NCBI GenBank assembly: GCA_963752285.1
Contig: CAVVXN010000005.1
Span: forward strand, 768,001-832,000
DNA length: 64,000 nt
Origin: an uncultured Planctomycetota bacterium
Lineage (GTDB): Bacteria > Planctomycetota > PLA2 > JAEUHO01
Direction of reading: 5' to 3'
Made by a program: the position numbers and the translations under genes. The notes below the pieces were generated by a model, which was not told where the DNA came from, ran no database searches, and saw nothing but the letters and a program-made list of their open reading frames with translations. Below are positions 1 through 12,171 of this stretch, one piece after another. Position 1 is the first letter of the stretch; each line of letters opens with the position of its first letter.

Positions 1-427
1 TCGGGTCGAAGTCGAACTCCTTGCGCATCACGACGGCCGCGACCCAACCCCGGCGGGTGAACGACGAGGCGAACTCGTTCATGAGGAGGGTGCTGTTCGC
101 CAGGACGGGCGACATGAGCACCAGCGGTCGCGGCGCCGCGCCGAGCGGGCGCGGGAGCCAGAGGAGGATCTCGGTCGGGTCGCTCGCGTGCGAGAGGCCG
201 CGGAGGGCCGGCGGCATCCGCTCCTGGATCTCGAGGCGGTGGATCTCCTGGTACTTCTCGACGTGCCAGACCGCCTCGCGGAGCAGGGCCGGGGGCGGGC
301 CGGGGACCTCGTACCGACGGGGCGACGGCGCGTCGGGCCCCGGCGCGGGACGGGCCGTGGTGGCCGCGCCTCGGACCGCGCACGCGGCGAGCCCGAGCAG
401 CGCCAGGCAGGCAGTCGTCGTCCGCAT
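1..427 (-). CDS. Partial lipoprotein (runs off the window), possibly alpha/beta-hydrolase-like
   Basis: Not in the ORF track. Read manually from ATG 427: MRTTTACLALLGLAAC (lipobox), then ...RPLVLMSPVLANSTLLMNEFASSFTRRGWVAAVV, which resembles a hydrolase N-terminal half. Confidence 0.55.
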   Translation of the reverse strand, partial: MRTTTACLALLGLAACAVRGAATTARPAPGPDAPSPRRYEVPGPPPALLREAVWHVEKYQEIHRLEIQERMPPALRGLSHASDPTEILLWLPRPLGAAPRPLVLMSPVLANSTLLMNEFASSFTRRGWVAAVVMRKEFDFDP

Positions 428-471
428 GGCCCGGTAGCCTACCCCCCGCATCCCAGGACCGGAGACCACGA

Positions 472-1074
472 ATGACGGGGCGATTCCGCCGTCACTCGAC
501 CGCGGAACTCGTGGGTCTCCGCCCCGATGCGGATCGGCGCGAGCGGAGCCGCCTCGACGTGGTGGTGGTGCTCGACGACGTGCGCTCGGCCGACAACGTG
601 GGACTGGTCTTCAGGCTCTGCGACTGCGTCAACGTGAAGGCGCTCTGGCTCACCGGCATCACACCGTGGCCGGGCGTGAGCGAGCACGCGACACGCCGCA
701 TCGCCAAGACGGGCGTCGGCGGGAGCCTCGACGTGCTCCCGTGGCAGCGCTTCGACGATCCGGTGCCGCCCGTCCGGCGTCTCCAGTCCGAGGGTTGGCG
801 CGTCGTCGTGCTCGAGCAGGGCGACGGGAGCGTCTCGTGGCGCCGCGCGACGCTCGCGCCGCCGCTGGTCCTCGTGCTCGGGCACGAGCGGACGGGCGTC
901 CGCGACGACCTGATCGCCTGCGCCGACGAGGTCGCGGAGCTTCCCGTCCGCGGGATCACGAACAGCTTGAACGTCGCCCTCGCGGCGAGTGCGGCGCTCT
1001 ACGAGGTGCTGCGCCGCCGTCAGGAGGACGAGTCGTCGCCCGATCCGGCGCCGTCTCCGCCCCCGTCGCCCTGA
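472..1074 (+). CDS. TrmH/SpoU family RNA 2'-O-methyltransferase
   Basis: SPOUT motifs VLDDVRSADNVG, VLGHERTGV, SLNVALA. Confidence 0.9.
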   Translation: MTGRFRRHSTAELVGLRPDADRRERSRLDVVVVLDDVRSADNVGLVFRLCDCVNVKALWLTGITPWPGVSEHATRRIAKTGVGGSLDVLPWQRFDDPVPPVRRLQSEGWRVVVLEQGDGSVSWRRATLAPPLVLVLGHERTGVRDDLIACADEVAELPVRGITNSLNVALAASAALYEVLRRRQEDESSPDPAPSPPPSP

Positions 1075-1838
1075 CCGCCGCTGTGGTGCCGCCGGCCGCC
1101 GTGGCGCGACGAGGCATCGGCCTTCTTCTCGCGCGCCTCGGCGCGGCGGGCGGCCGCGGCCTGGAAGTCGAAGCGATCCTTGGCGCCGCGCCACCACGCG
1201 CGCCACGCGTCCGGGTCCGAGCCGATCTTCGTCTCGCCCGTGGCGTACTCGAGGGCGGCGCGGACCGCCGCGCGGTGGCCGTCCCCGGCGCGACGCCGGG
1301 CGCCGTACGCGATGAGGGCCTCGATCGCCTCGGCGGCGGGGACGTTCCCCACCGCCATCAGACGGGCGCGGATCTGGGCGATCGGCGCCTCGCCGTGCAC
1401 GTCCAGGAGCGCCTGGATCGAGACCTTCTCGGCCAGGTCGTGGAGCGCGGGGACGAGGAGCGCCTCCCGCGCCAGGTCCTCGTCCGACGGCTCGCGCGGG
1501 AGCGGACGCAGGAGCGCGGCGAGTCCCCGGGCCGCGGCCTTCTTCTCCTTGGGGGCCGTACGCTTCGCGAGGGCGTCCACGGCGGCCTGCCGCACCTCGA
1601 GGGCGTCGTCCTTCGCCGCCCGGAGGAGCGGCGCGGTCAGGAGCGCGTCCTGCATGCCCTTCGCCACGTTCGCGGCCGCGAGGCGCACGCCCGTCTCCGG
1701 GCTCTCGAGGCCCTTCTGGACCGCTTCGGGCGTGCCGAGGTCCACCCCCTCGTCGGCCCGCGACGCGGCGAGCGGGAGGGACGCGAAGAGCGCCGCGGCG
1801 AGCGCCGCGACGAATCGAGACGGGGACGGACCGCTCAC
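1020..1838 (-). CDS. Secreted HEAT-repeat protein
   Basis: GTG preceded by GGAGG; signal peptide; VRLAAA/VRQAAVDAL repeats; LEYATGE..DPDAWRAWW tail; overlaps the 3' end of the TrmH-family gene by 55 bp. Confidence 0.7.
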   Translation of the reverse strand: MSGPSPSRFVAALAAALFASLPLAASRADEGVDLGTPEAVQKGLESPETGVRLAAANVAKGMQDALLTAPLLRAAKDDALEVRQAAVDALAKRTAPKEKKAAARGLAALLRPLPREPSDEDLAREALLVPALHDLAEKVSIQALLDVHGEAPIAQIRARLMAVGNVPAAEAIEALIAYGARRRAGDGHRAAVRAALEYATGETKIGSDPDAWRAWWRGAKDRFDFQAAAARRAEAREKKADASSRHGGRRHHSGGQGDGGGDGAGSGDDSSS

Positions 1839-1952
1839 GGCAATGCCTCCCATCGACCGGATCCTGAAACCCGCACCCGACCGCCGGGGTTTCGGGCGCC
1901 TTGGCCGCGGGCGCCCGCCGGGCCGGGGCGACGCGCGCGTAGGATCGTCGGC

Positions 1953-2693
1953 GTGCTGATCCTCGTACCCACCGAGGCGGAGGCCCGCCTCCTCTGGCCC
2001 GACGCGCCGTGCCCCTCGGACGAGCGGCCGATCGCCACCCGGCTCGGCCCGCACGAGATCGAGGCGGCGCTCGTCGGGTTCGGCCCCGCCGCGGCCGGGG
2101 CGCTCGCGGCCCTCGCGCTCGCGCGCAGCGCGGCCCGGCCGGTGGTGCTCGTCGGGGCGGCCGGGACGTACCGGCCCGACGTGCTGCCCGTCGGCGCGGC
2201 CCTCCTCGCCCGTCGCGTCCTCTTCGCGGACCTCGGCCGGGGAGAGGGAGCGGACTTCGTGCCGGCCGACCGGCTCGGATTCGACCAGGCGCCCCCCGGC
2301 GCCGGCGTGCCGCGGGTCTCTGGCGCGCTCGAGACGGAACTGCTTCCCGGGGCCGGGGTGGGGGCGGGCCTCGTGCTCACCGTGGCCCGCGCCTCGGGCA
2401 CGCCGGACGCGGCGCGGGCCCGGGCGGATGCGCACGCCGGCGCGCTCGCCGAGGACATGGAGTCGTTCGCCGTGGCCCTCGCCGCCGCTCGGCTGGGGAT
2501 CCGGGTCGCCGTGCTCCGCGGCATCTCGAACCGGGCGGGCGAAGCGGGTCCCGGACGCCTCGACCTCGGGGAGGCGCTCCGCGCGGTCCGCGACGCGCTC
2601 ATCCGGCACCTCGGGGGCGGGGGGCGTCCGCCTCGCGGCGACGACCCGGAAGGAAGGACGGCCCCGACCGGCCGGAGCCGATCGGGGCCGTGA
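1953..2693 (+). CDS. mqnB: Futalosine hydrolase (PNP/MTAN family nucleosidase)
   Basis: ILVPTEAEA, GFGPAAA, VGAAGTY, AEDMESFAVA, LRGISNRAG motifs; start estimated. Confidence 0.75.
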   Translation: MLILVPTEAEARLLWPDAPCPSDERPIATRLGPHEIEAALVGFGPAAAGALAALALARSAARPVVLVGAAGTYRPDVLPVGAALLARRVLFADLGRGEGADFVPADRLGFDQAPPGAGVPRVSGALETELLPGAGVGAGLVLTVARASGTPDAARARADAHAGALAEDMESFAVALAAARLGIRVAVLRGISNRAGEAGPGRLDLGEALRAVRDALIRHLGGGGRPPRGDDPEGRTAPTGRSRSGP

Positions 2694-2818
2694 GGTCCAT
2701 CCCGAGGAAGCGCATGGGGAGGAGGATCGCGCCGGAGCCACAGGCCCCGGCATTGCAGGAGGATCGCAGGACTCGGGCGAACCCGCCGGGCCGAACCCGG
2801 CCCCGACATATCGACGAT

Positions 2819-3817
2819 ATGCACCCCACATCTGAAGCCCTTCTTCAGAGCGCCGCGTCGCCTGGCCCGCGACCGAGGTCCCGGTCCATCGGGTGGCGGG
2901 TCCCGCTGGCCCTCGCCGGCGCCCTCCTCGTCCTCGCCGCGTGCGGGAAGGACGGCGCGTCGGGGGACCGCGGCGGCGCGTTCGTGAACCCGACCTTCCC
3001 GGACGGCCCCCTCCAGGGGCAGGTCTACGGCCAGGAGATCTGGCTCACGTACTTCGATCCGCCCCACGCCCGCTACGGCCGCCGCGTGAACCGGACGAAG
3101 GAGGCGGCGCTCGCCCTCGCCCGCGATCTTCGCGAGCGGGTGAAGCGAGGCGAGGACATCGGCACGCTCGCGCGGAGCTTCAGCAACGCGCAGGGCGGGG
3201 TGGCGGACGGATGGACGGGGGTGCTCCCCCTGGATCCCGGGCACCCGACGATCCGCGAGCGCGCCCTCGCCTCCGTACGACCCGGCGAGGTCACGCCGAT
3301 CGTGGACTGGCTCGGGGGCTTCTGGTTCGGGAAGCGCGCCGACGAGACGACCGGGAAGCGGCTCGAGGCGGAGTTCCACCGACTCGCGCGCCTGCGCGTC
3401 TCCTTCCGGGCGATCGTGATGGTCTACCGAGGATCGTGGATGCCCGACACCGCCCTTCGCGAACAGGTCACCCGCTCGAAGGAGGACGCCCTGCGCCTCG
3501 CACGAGCGCTCATCGTGCGCCTCCAGTCCGGCGAGCGCTTCGAGGACCTTGCGAAGCAGTACTCGAACGACGGTGCGAGCGCGGCGAACGGCGGGCTGGT
3601 CACGGTCCAACCGCCCGGCGGGGGCGGGCCGCCGACGCCCTGGATCCCCATGAACCACCCGAGCATCCCCGAGAGCGTGATGAAGGTCGTGCTCGAGGAC
3701 GATCCCGGGACCCTGCACCCCGAGCCGATCGTGAGCGAGCGAGGCGTGTTCGTGATCCGGACCGAGGGCCGGAAGGAGGTGGACGAGCCGGCGCCCGCCG
3801 CGAGCGCCCCTCAATAG
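2819..3817 (+). CDS. Lipoprotein with two parvulin (PpiC-type PPIase)-like domains
   Basis: Lipobox LAAC; twice RT/SKE.AL.LAR....GE.F/I..LA...SN. Confidence 0.75.
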   Translation: MHPTSEALLQSAASPGPRPRSRSIGWRVPLALAGALLVLAACGKDGASGDRGGAFVNPTFPDGPLQGQVYGQEIWLTYFDPPHARYGRRVNRTKEAALALARDLRERVKRGEDIGTLARSFSNAQGGVADGWTGVLPLDPGHPTIRERALASVRPGEVTPIVDWLGGFWFGKRADETTGKRLEAEFHRLARLRVSFRAIVMVYRGSWMPDTALREQVTRSKEDALRLARALIVRLQSGERFEDLAKQYSNDGASAANGGLVTVQPPGGGGPPTPWIPMNHPSIPESVMKVVLEDDPGTLHPEPIVSERGVFVIRTEGRKEVDEPAPAASAPQ

Positions 3818-4284
3818 CGGCGCGCGTCCGGCCGGCGCGCCCAGCGGAGGAGCACCTCCTCCGCGCCGGGCCGAGGGAGGTGGACCTGGGGCGTCTGGCG
3901 CGCGTCGGGCGCGCGCAGGAACTCGGCGTAGAAGCGGGCGTCGTCGAACCCGGCCCGCGCCGCGCCCGCACGGTCCACGGCGTAGACGATCCGATCCACG
4001 CGTGCCCACCAGGCGGCGCCGAGGCACATCGGGCAGGGCTCCGACGACGCGTACAGGACGGCGCCGCAGAGCAGCGGGGTGCCGAGGCGCGCCGCGGCCT
4101 CGCGGAGCGCGAGGATCTCGGCGTGGGCCGTTGGGTCGGAGAGCCCGAGGACGCGGTTTCGGCCCCGGCCGACGACGCGGCCCTCCATCGCCACGACGGC
4201 GCCGAAGGGTCCCCCCTCGTCGGACGCGAGGGCTTCCCGCGCCAGGTCGATCGCCTCGTCGAGCAGCGCCTCGTCGGTGGACAC
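3811..4284 (-). CDS. Nucleoside/guanine deaminase (cytidine deaminase fold)
   Basis: GGPFGAVV, DPTAHAE, EPCPMC zinc motifs; GFDD typical of the GuaD-like group; start estimated. Confidence 0.88.
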   Translation of the reverse strand: MSTDEALLDEAIDLAREALASDEGGPFGAVVAMEGRVVGRGRNRVLGLSDPTAHAEILALREAAARLGTPLLCGAVLYASSEPCPMCLGAAWWARVDRIVYAVDRAGAARAGFDDARFYAEFLRAPDARQTPQVHLPRPGAEEVLLRWARRPDARRY

Positions 4285-4361
4285 GGGACGAGGCGTACCC
4301 GGCCCGACGGGAACGCGCAAGGCCGCGGTACGATCCGCCGCGACCGATCGGAGGGGTCGCG

Positions 4362-5531
4362 ATGTCATCGCCCTACGCGCCCACGGCCGCCGAGCAGGAG
4401 GAGTGCCTCGCGACGCGTCGCGACGTGCACCGTCACCCGGAGCTCAAGTACGAGGAGCACCGGACCGCGGCGCTCGTGGCCGAGCGACTGCGGAGCCTCG
4501 GCTACGAGCCCCGCACCGGGGTGGGGGGGACCGGCGTCACGGCGGTGACCGAAGGCCGGGCGCCGGGGCCGACGGTCCTCCTTCGCGCCGACATGGACGC
4601 GTTGCCGATCGAAGAGCAGAACGAGGTCCCGTACCGCTCCGAGGCGTCCGGTCGGATGCACGCCTGCGGTCACGACTGTCACGTCGCCGTCGCCCTCGCC
4701 GCCGCGCGGGTGCTCCGGCGGCTGCCGCCGGCGCGCGGACGCGTGAAGCTCTGCTTCCAGCCCGCCGAGGAGGGCGGGAACGGCGCCAAGGCGATGATCG
4801 ACGACGGCGTGCTCGACGACCCCGCGGTGGACGCGGTGTTCGGGCTCCACGTGTGGAACCACCTCCCCGTCGGGAAGGTGGCCGTCACGCCCGGGCCCTT
4901 CATGGGGGCGATCGACCGCTTCCGCGTGCGCGTGGTGGGGCAGGGGGGGCACGGTGCGGTCCCGAACGAGTCGCGCGACCCGGTCCTGGCCGCCGCCCAC
5001 GTGATCACGGCGCTGCAGCAGATCGTCTCGCGGAACGTGGACCCGCTCGAGGGCGCCGTCGTGACGGTGGGGCGCGTGCGGGGCGGCGATGCCTTCAACG
5101 TGATTCCCGACGCCGTCGAGCTCGAGGGCACGATGCGGTCGTTCTCGAGCTCGGTGTGGGCCGCGCTTCCCGGGCACCTCGAGCGGGCCGCGACGCGGAC
5201 GGCCGAGGCGTACGGCTGTCGCGCGGAGGTCGAGGTGGACCGCCTGATGCGGGCGACGGTGAACGCGCCCGAGATGGCCGACCTGGTTCGGGAGGTCGCC
5301 GCGGGCGTGGTGGGGGGCGACAACGTCGTCTCGCTGCGCACGTTCACGAGCGAGGACTTCTCGGAGTTCCTGGAGCGGCGACCCGGGTGCTTCTTCTTCG
5401 TCGGGTCGAGGAACGAGTCCCTGGGAAGGGTGCATCCGCACCACTCGCCCCGCTTCGACGTGGACGAGAGCGTCCTGCCCCTCGCGACCGAGCTCCTGGT
5501 CGGCGTGGCGCGCCGGTACCTCGAGGCATGA
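4362..5531 (+). CDS. M20 family amidohydrolase
   Basis: HRHPEL, RADMDALP, MHACGHD, FQPAEE, SEDFS, HHSPRF. Confidence 0.93.
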   Translation: MSSPYAPTAAEQEECLATRRDVHRHPELKYEEHRTAALVAERLRSLGYEPRTGVGGTGVTAVTEGRAPGPTVLLRADMDALPIEEQNEVPYRSEASGRMHACGHDCHVAVALAAARVLRRLPPARGRVKLCFQPAEEGGNGAKAMIDDGVLDDPAVDAVFGLHVWNHLPVGKVAVTPGPFMGAIDRFRVRVVGQGGHGAVPNESRDPVLAAAHVITALQQIVSRNVDPLEGAVVTVGRVRGGDAFNVIPDAVELEGTMRSFSSSVWAALPGHLERAATRTAEAYGCRAEVEVDRLMRATVNAPEMADLVREVAAGVVGGDNVVSLRTFTSEDFSEFLERRPGCFFFVGSRNESLGRVHPHHSPRFDVDESVLPLATELLVGVARRYLEA

Positions 5532-7060
5532 CGCTCGGGCCGCGCGACACCGATCCGGCGGTCGTGTGTCCCGCCTCGGCCGAGGCGCTGGAGGAGATCC
5601 AGCTCCTCGTGAAGGCGCGCCAGCCCCTGCTGGTGGTCGAGACGTGGGAGGAGGATCGGCTCGAGGAGACGCTCAAGGAGGCGGCCGAGAAGCTGCACGT
5701 CCCGTATCACGTCTGGTCGATCACGGGCGGCCTTCGGATCGAGGGTGGCGCGCACGAGCTCTACGACACGAAGGCGCCCCTCCGCGCGCTCGACAACCTG
5801 CCGTCGATGGGGGACGAGGGCATTTGGCTCTTCAAGGACCTCCAGCACTTCCTGAGCCGGGCGGACGTCGTGCGACGGTTGCTGGACCTGTGTCGCCTGC
5901 GCCCCGAGCAGCACCGTACGCTCGTGCTCTCCGGTCCGGTGATCGACCTTCCCGCGGAGCTCGCGAAGGTGGGGATGCCGGTCCGCCTGTCGCCGCCGAC
6001 GGACGCCGAGCTCCGCATGCTCGTGGCGCGGGTCGTGCGCGACCTCGCCCGCCGTCAGCGCGTCCGCGTGGACCTGAGCGACGACGATACGCGACGCCTG
6101 GTCTCGGGCCTGAAGGGCCTCACGTACGACGAGGCCGCCCGCGCGGTCGCGCGCGTGGTGCTCGACGACGGCGCCCTGACGGGCGCGGACGTCGCGACGG
6201 TCCAGGCCATCAAGCGTTCGAGCCTCGAGGCCGGCGGCGTCGTGAGCTACGTGCCGCCCGACCCGAGGGGCGTCGAGGTCGGCGGGTTCGACGCGTTCAA
6301 GCGCTGGCTGTCGAAGCGGGTGAAGGCGTTCTCGCCCGAGGCCGAGGCGTTCGGTCTGACGCCTCCGAAGGGGGTCGTGCTCCTCGGGGTGCAGGGCTGC
6401 GGCAAGACGCTCGCCGCGCGGCTCGTCGCCGCGACCTGGGGCCTGCCGCTCCTGAAGCTCGAGCCCGGCCGGCTCTACGACAAGTTCATCGGCGAGTCCG
6501 AGAAGCGGCTCGACGGCGCGCTCGACACGTCCGAGACGCTCGCTCCCTGCGTGCTCCTCATCGACGAGGTGGAGAAGGGCTTCGCCGCCACGGGAGGTTC
6601 CGACGTGGACGGGGGGCTCTCGCGTCGCATCTTCGGCCGACTCCTCGGCTGGTTGCAGGAACGCCGCTCCGCCGTCTTCGTCGTGGCGACGTCGAACGAC
6701 GTGGCGGCCCTCCCGCCGGAGCTCCTCCGCAAGGGTCGTTTCGACGAGGTCTTCTTCGTGGACCTGCCGGACGAGGAGGAGCGGCGCGAGATCTTCTCGC
6801 TCCACCTCCGGCGCCGCGACCGTGACCCGGCCGCGTTCGACCTCCCGCGCCTCGCGAAGGTCGCCCAGGGGTTCAGCGGCGCCGAGATCGAGCAAGCCAT
6901 CGTGAGCGCGCTCTACACGGTCTTCGCCGCCGGCCAGCGGCTCGACACGGACGCGATCGCGGCCGAGATCTCGGCGACGCGTCCTCTCTCCGTCCTCCGC
7001 GCCGAGGACGTGGCGCGCCTCCGCGCGTGGGCCGCCGGCCGCGCGGTCCCGGCGCGCTGA
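5528..7060 (+). CDS. Ycf46-like AAA+ ATPase
   Basis: Degenerate N-terminal domain (ETWEEDR, FKDLQHF), Walker A GVQGCGKT, Walker B IDEVEK, LLRKGRFDE; ATGA overlap with the upstream gene. Confidence 0.88.
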   Translation: MTLGPRDTDPAVVCPASAEALEEIQLLVKARQPLLVVETWEEDRLEETLKEAAEKLHVPYHVWSITGGLRIEGGAHELYDTKAPLRALDNLPSMGDEGIWLFKDLQHFLSRADVVRRLLDLCRLRPEQHRTLVLSGPVIDLPAELAKVGMPVRLSPPTDAELRMLVARVVRDLARRQRVRVDLSDDDTRRLVSGLKGLTYDEAARAVARVVLDDGALTGADVATVQAIKRSSLEAGGVVSYVPPDPRGVEVGGFDAFKRWLSKRVKAFSPEAEAFGLTPPKGVVLLGVQGCGKTLAARLVAATWGLPLLKLEPGRLYDKFIGESEKRLDGALDTSETLAPCVLLIDEVEKGFAATGGSDVDGGLSRRIFGRLLGWLQERRSAVFVVATSNDVAALPPELLRKGRFDEVFFVDLPDEEERREIFSLHLRRRDRDPAAFDLPRLAKVAQGFSGAEIEQAIVSALYTVFAAGQRLDTDAIAAEISATRPLSVLRAEDVARLRAWAAGRAVPAR

Positions 7061-7544
7061 CCCGGCGCCCGCCCGCGCCCCGGCCCGCCGCGCCTTTGCC
7101 CGCAGCGCCTCCACCCGCCGCGCCCCGGCCCGTCGTGCCCGCGCCAGCGCGACGCCGGCTCGCGCCGAGGAACCGACGCCCGCCCCCCGGGCCGGATCGC
7201 CTCCGTCCGGCACGCCCCGAATCGTGCGAGGCGCCCCCTCCGGACGCCCGGCGACCCCGCGGGCCGTCGAGACGACGCGGAGGGCGAGGACGCGCCCGAC
7301 CGACGACGGGACCCGGCGGCCGTCTTCGACGGCGGGCGCCCGGGATACGCAGGTTCCGGGCTGGGGCGGTCCCCGGGACCGAACACCCTCCGGGCCACGG
7401 ACCCACCGGAGAGGCCCCCCCCACAGGTTCCCGAGCCCGGAGCCGGGGCCCCCGGACCCGGTCCCGCCGGGTGGTGGCGAGGGGGCGGACGTGGTACGGT
7501 CCCGGGCTCGCCCGGGCGGGGGGCGGATCGAGGGAGGGCGCGGG

Positions 7545-7772
7545 ATGGCGGTGATGCGGGTCGTGGATCTCGCCGCGTCTTCGCGGCGCGGGTTCGACGA
7601 AGCGGTCCGAAACGCGCTCGACGAGGCTCGGCTCGCGGAGGCCGCGGCGCCGGGCGGCCGCGAGCAGGTGCGGAGAGCCTGGCTGAACGAGCTCTCGGTG
7701 CGCGTCAAGGACGGCCGGATCGACGAGTACTCGGTCCAGGTGAAGGTCACGCTCGCGCCCGGCGTCGTCTGA
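7545..7772 (+). CDS. Dodecin family protein
   Basis: 75 aa; VVDLAASS..GFDEAV..A...AWLNELSVRVKDGRIDEYSVQVKVT pattern; GGAGG RBS. Confidence 0.78.
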   Translation: MAVMRVVDLAASSRRGFDEAVRNALDEARLAEAAAPGGREQVRRAWLNELSVRVKDGRIDEYSVQVKVTLAPGVV

Positions 7773-7818
7773 GGGCCTGTCCGGGGCGATTCTTTGCGCG
7801 GCGGAGACGCCGTTGGCC

Positions 7819-8613
7819 ATGCCGACCGATCCCGACCTTCCCGCCGCGCCTTCCTCGAAGATCGCGGCCGACCTCCGGGACGCCCTCCGACGCGTGCGTT
7901 CCGTGGGCGTCATCACGGGTGCCGGCATCTCGGCGGAGTCGGGCATCCCCACGTACCGCGGGGTGGGGGGGATCTACGCCGATCCCGCCGAGGGCGACCG
8001 GACGGTGGAGGCGTTGTCGGGCCCGACGCTCGCGCGCGACCCGGACCGCACGTGGCGCGCGGTGGCCGACCTCGCGCGCCGCGCCCTCAACGCACGACCG
8101 AACGCCGCGCACCAAGCCCTCGTCGCGATCGAGGACGCGGTCCCGACGTTCACGTTGTTGACGCAGAACGTGGACGGCCTCCATCGGATCGCGGGCAGTC
8201 GTAACGTGATCGAGATCCACGGGGACGTGCTCGACACGCGGTGCACGGCGTGCGAGGCACGCGGCCGCCTCGAACGCGAGACGCTCGCCGCGCTCGAGGG
8301 TACGCCGCGGTGCCCGCGCTGCGGCGGGGGCCTGCGCCCCGACGCCGTTCTCTTCGACGAGATGCTCCCCATCGCGAAGGTCGTGGCGCTGAGAGAAGCC
8401 TTCTACGTGAACGTGCCCGACCTCGTGCTCGTGGTCGGGACCACCGCGCTCTTTCCCTACATCTCCGAGCCCGTGCACCTCGCCGCGCGGGCCGGCCGCC
8501 TGACGGTCGAGGTGAACGTCGGGCCGACCCCCCTCACGACGAGCGTCCGGCACCACCTGCGCGGCCCCGCGAGCGTCTGGGTCCCGAGGATCGCCGCGGC
8601 GCTCGGGCCCTGA
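7819..8613 (+). CDS. cobB: NAD-dependent protein deacylase (sirtuin)
   Basis: GAGISAESGIPTYRG, TQNVDGLH, EIHG, two CxxC pairs. Confidence 0.9.
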   Translation: MPTDPDLPAAPSSKIAADLRDALRRVRSVGVITGAGISAESGIPTYRGVGGIYADPAEGDRTVEALSGPTLARDPDRTWRAVADLARRALNARPNAAHQALVAIEDAVPTFTLLTQNVDGLHRIAGSRNVIEIHGDVLDTRCTACEARGRLERETLAALEGTPRCPRCGGGLRPDAVLFDEMLPIAKVVALREAFYVNVPDLVLVVGTTALFPYISEPVHLAARAGRLTVEVNVGPTPLTTSVRHHLRGPASVWVPRIAAALGP

Positions 8614-8685
8614 GCGCGCGCGATTCGCGCAGAAGTCGGGGTGGCGACGGCGGGTCCGTAGAGTAGGTGGACCTCGGAGGATGCC

Positions 8686-11355
<2,670 letters not shown>

Positions 11356-11386
11356 GGGACGGGGCCCGCCGCGGTCCGGGGAAGCC

Positions 11387-12106
11387 TCAGCGGGCCCGGA
11401 ACAGGCCGTACTTCGCGAGGCAGACGATCGCGCGGACGCCGTCGCGCCAGCCGATCTTCTTGCCCTCCCGGTAGGTCCGACCGTGATACGAGATGCCGAC
11501 CTCGTAGATCCGCACGCCCTCGACGCGCGCCATCTTCGCGGTGACCTCCGGCTCGAATCCGAATCGGTCCTCTCGGAGCGAGAGCCCCTTCAGCACGGGC
11601 GCGCGGAACATCTTGTAGCAGGTCTCGAGATCGGTCAGGTTCAGGTTCGTCACGGCGTTCGCGAGGAAGGTGAGGAGACGGTTTCCGATCGAGTGCCAGA
11701 AGAAGAGGATCCGGTGCGGACGTCCGCCCATGAACCGCGATCCGTACACGACGTCCGCGCGATCCTCGAGGAGCGGCCGCAGGAGGAGGTTCAGCTCGCG
11801 CGGGTCGTACTCGAGGTCCGCGTCCTGGACGACGAGGAAGTCCCCCGTGGCCCGCGCGATCGCCGTCCGGATCGCGGCGCCCTTCCCGCGGTTCCGGTCG
11901 TGACGCACGGCGACGACCGGCGCCCCGGGCCGCGCGGAGAGCACGCCCTGGAGGCGCTCCCACGTGGCGTCGGAGGACCCGTCGTCCACCACGACGATCT
12001 CGCGCTCGACGCCGGCCTCGAGCGCGACCGTGAGCAGGGTCTCGAGCACGCGCGGGAGAGTGTCCTCCTCGTCGTAGACCGGCACGAGCACCGAGAGCGT
12101 GGGCAC
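11387..12106 (-). CDS. GT2 glycosyltransferase (polyprenol-phosphate sugar transferase-like)
   Basis: LSVLVPVYDE, VDDGSSD, GKGAA, QDADLEYDP, EGKKIGWRDG. Confidence 0.9.
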   Translation of the reverse strand: MPTLSVLVPVYDEEDTLPRVLETLLTVALEAGVEREIVVVDDGSSDATWERLQGVLSARPGAPVVAVRHDRNRGKGAAIRTAIARATGDFLVVQDADLEYDPRELNLLLRPLLEDRADVVYGSRFMGGRPHRILFFWHSIGNRLLTFLANAVTNLNLTDLETCYKMFRAPVLKGLSLREDRFGFEPEVTAKMARVEGVRIYEVGISYHGRTYREGKKIGWRDGVRAIVCLAKYGLFRAR

Positions 12107-12171
12107 CGTCGTCCTCCTGTCCCGGGGCGATTCCATACCACGCGGGGCGTCCCGTGCCCCGTGGGAGCGCC

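Noticed and set aside
7061..7544. FMN riboswitch upstream of dodecin
   Set aside because: The conserved RFN motifs are not recognisable
5528..8613. AAA ATPase plus Sir2 as an anti-phage defence system
   Set aside because: The sirtuin is a stand-alone zinc-binding CobB type, not a defence SIR2 fusion, and the genes are separated and sit in housekeeping context
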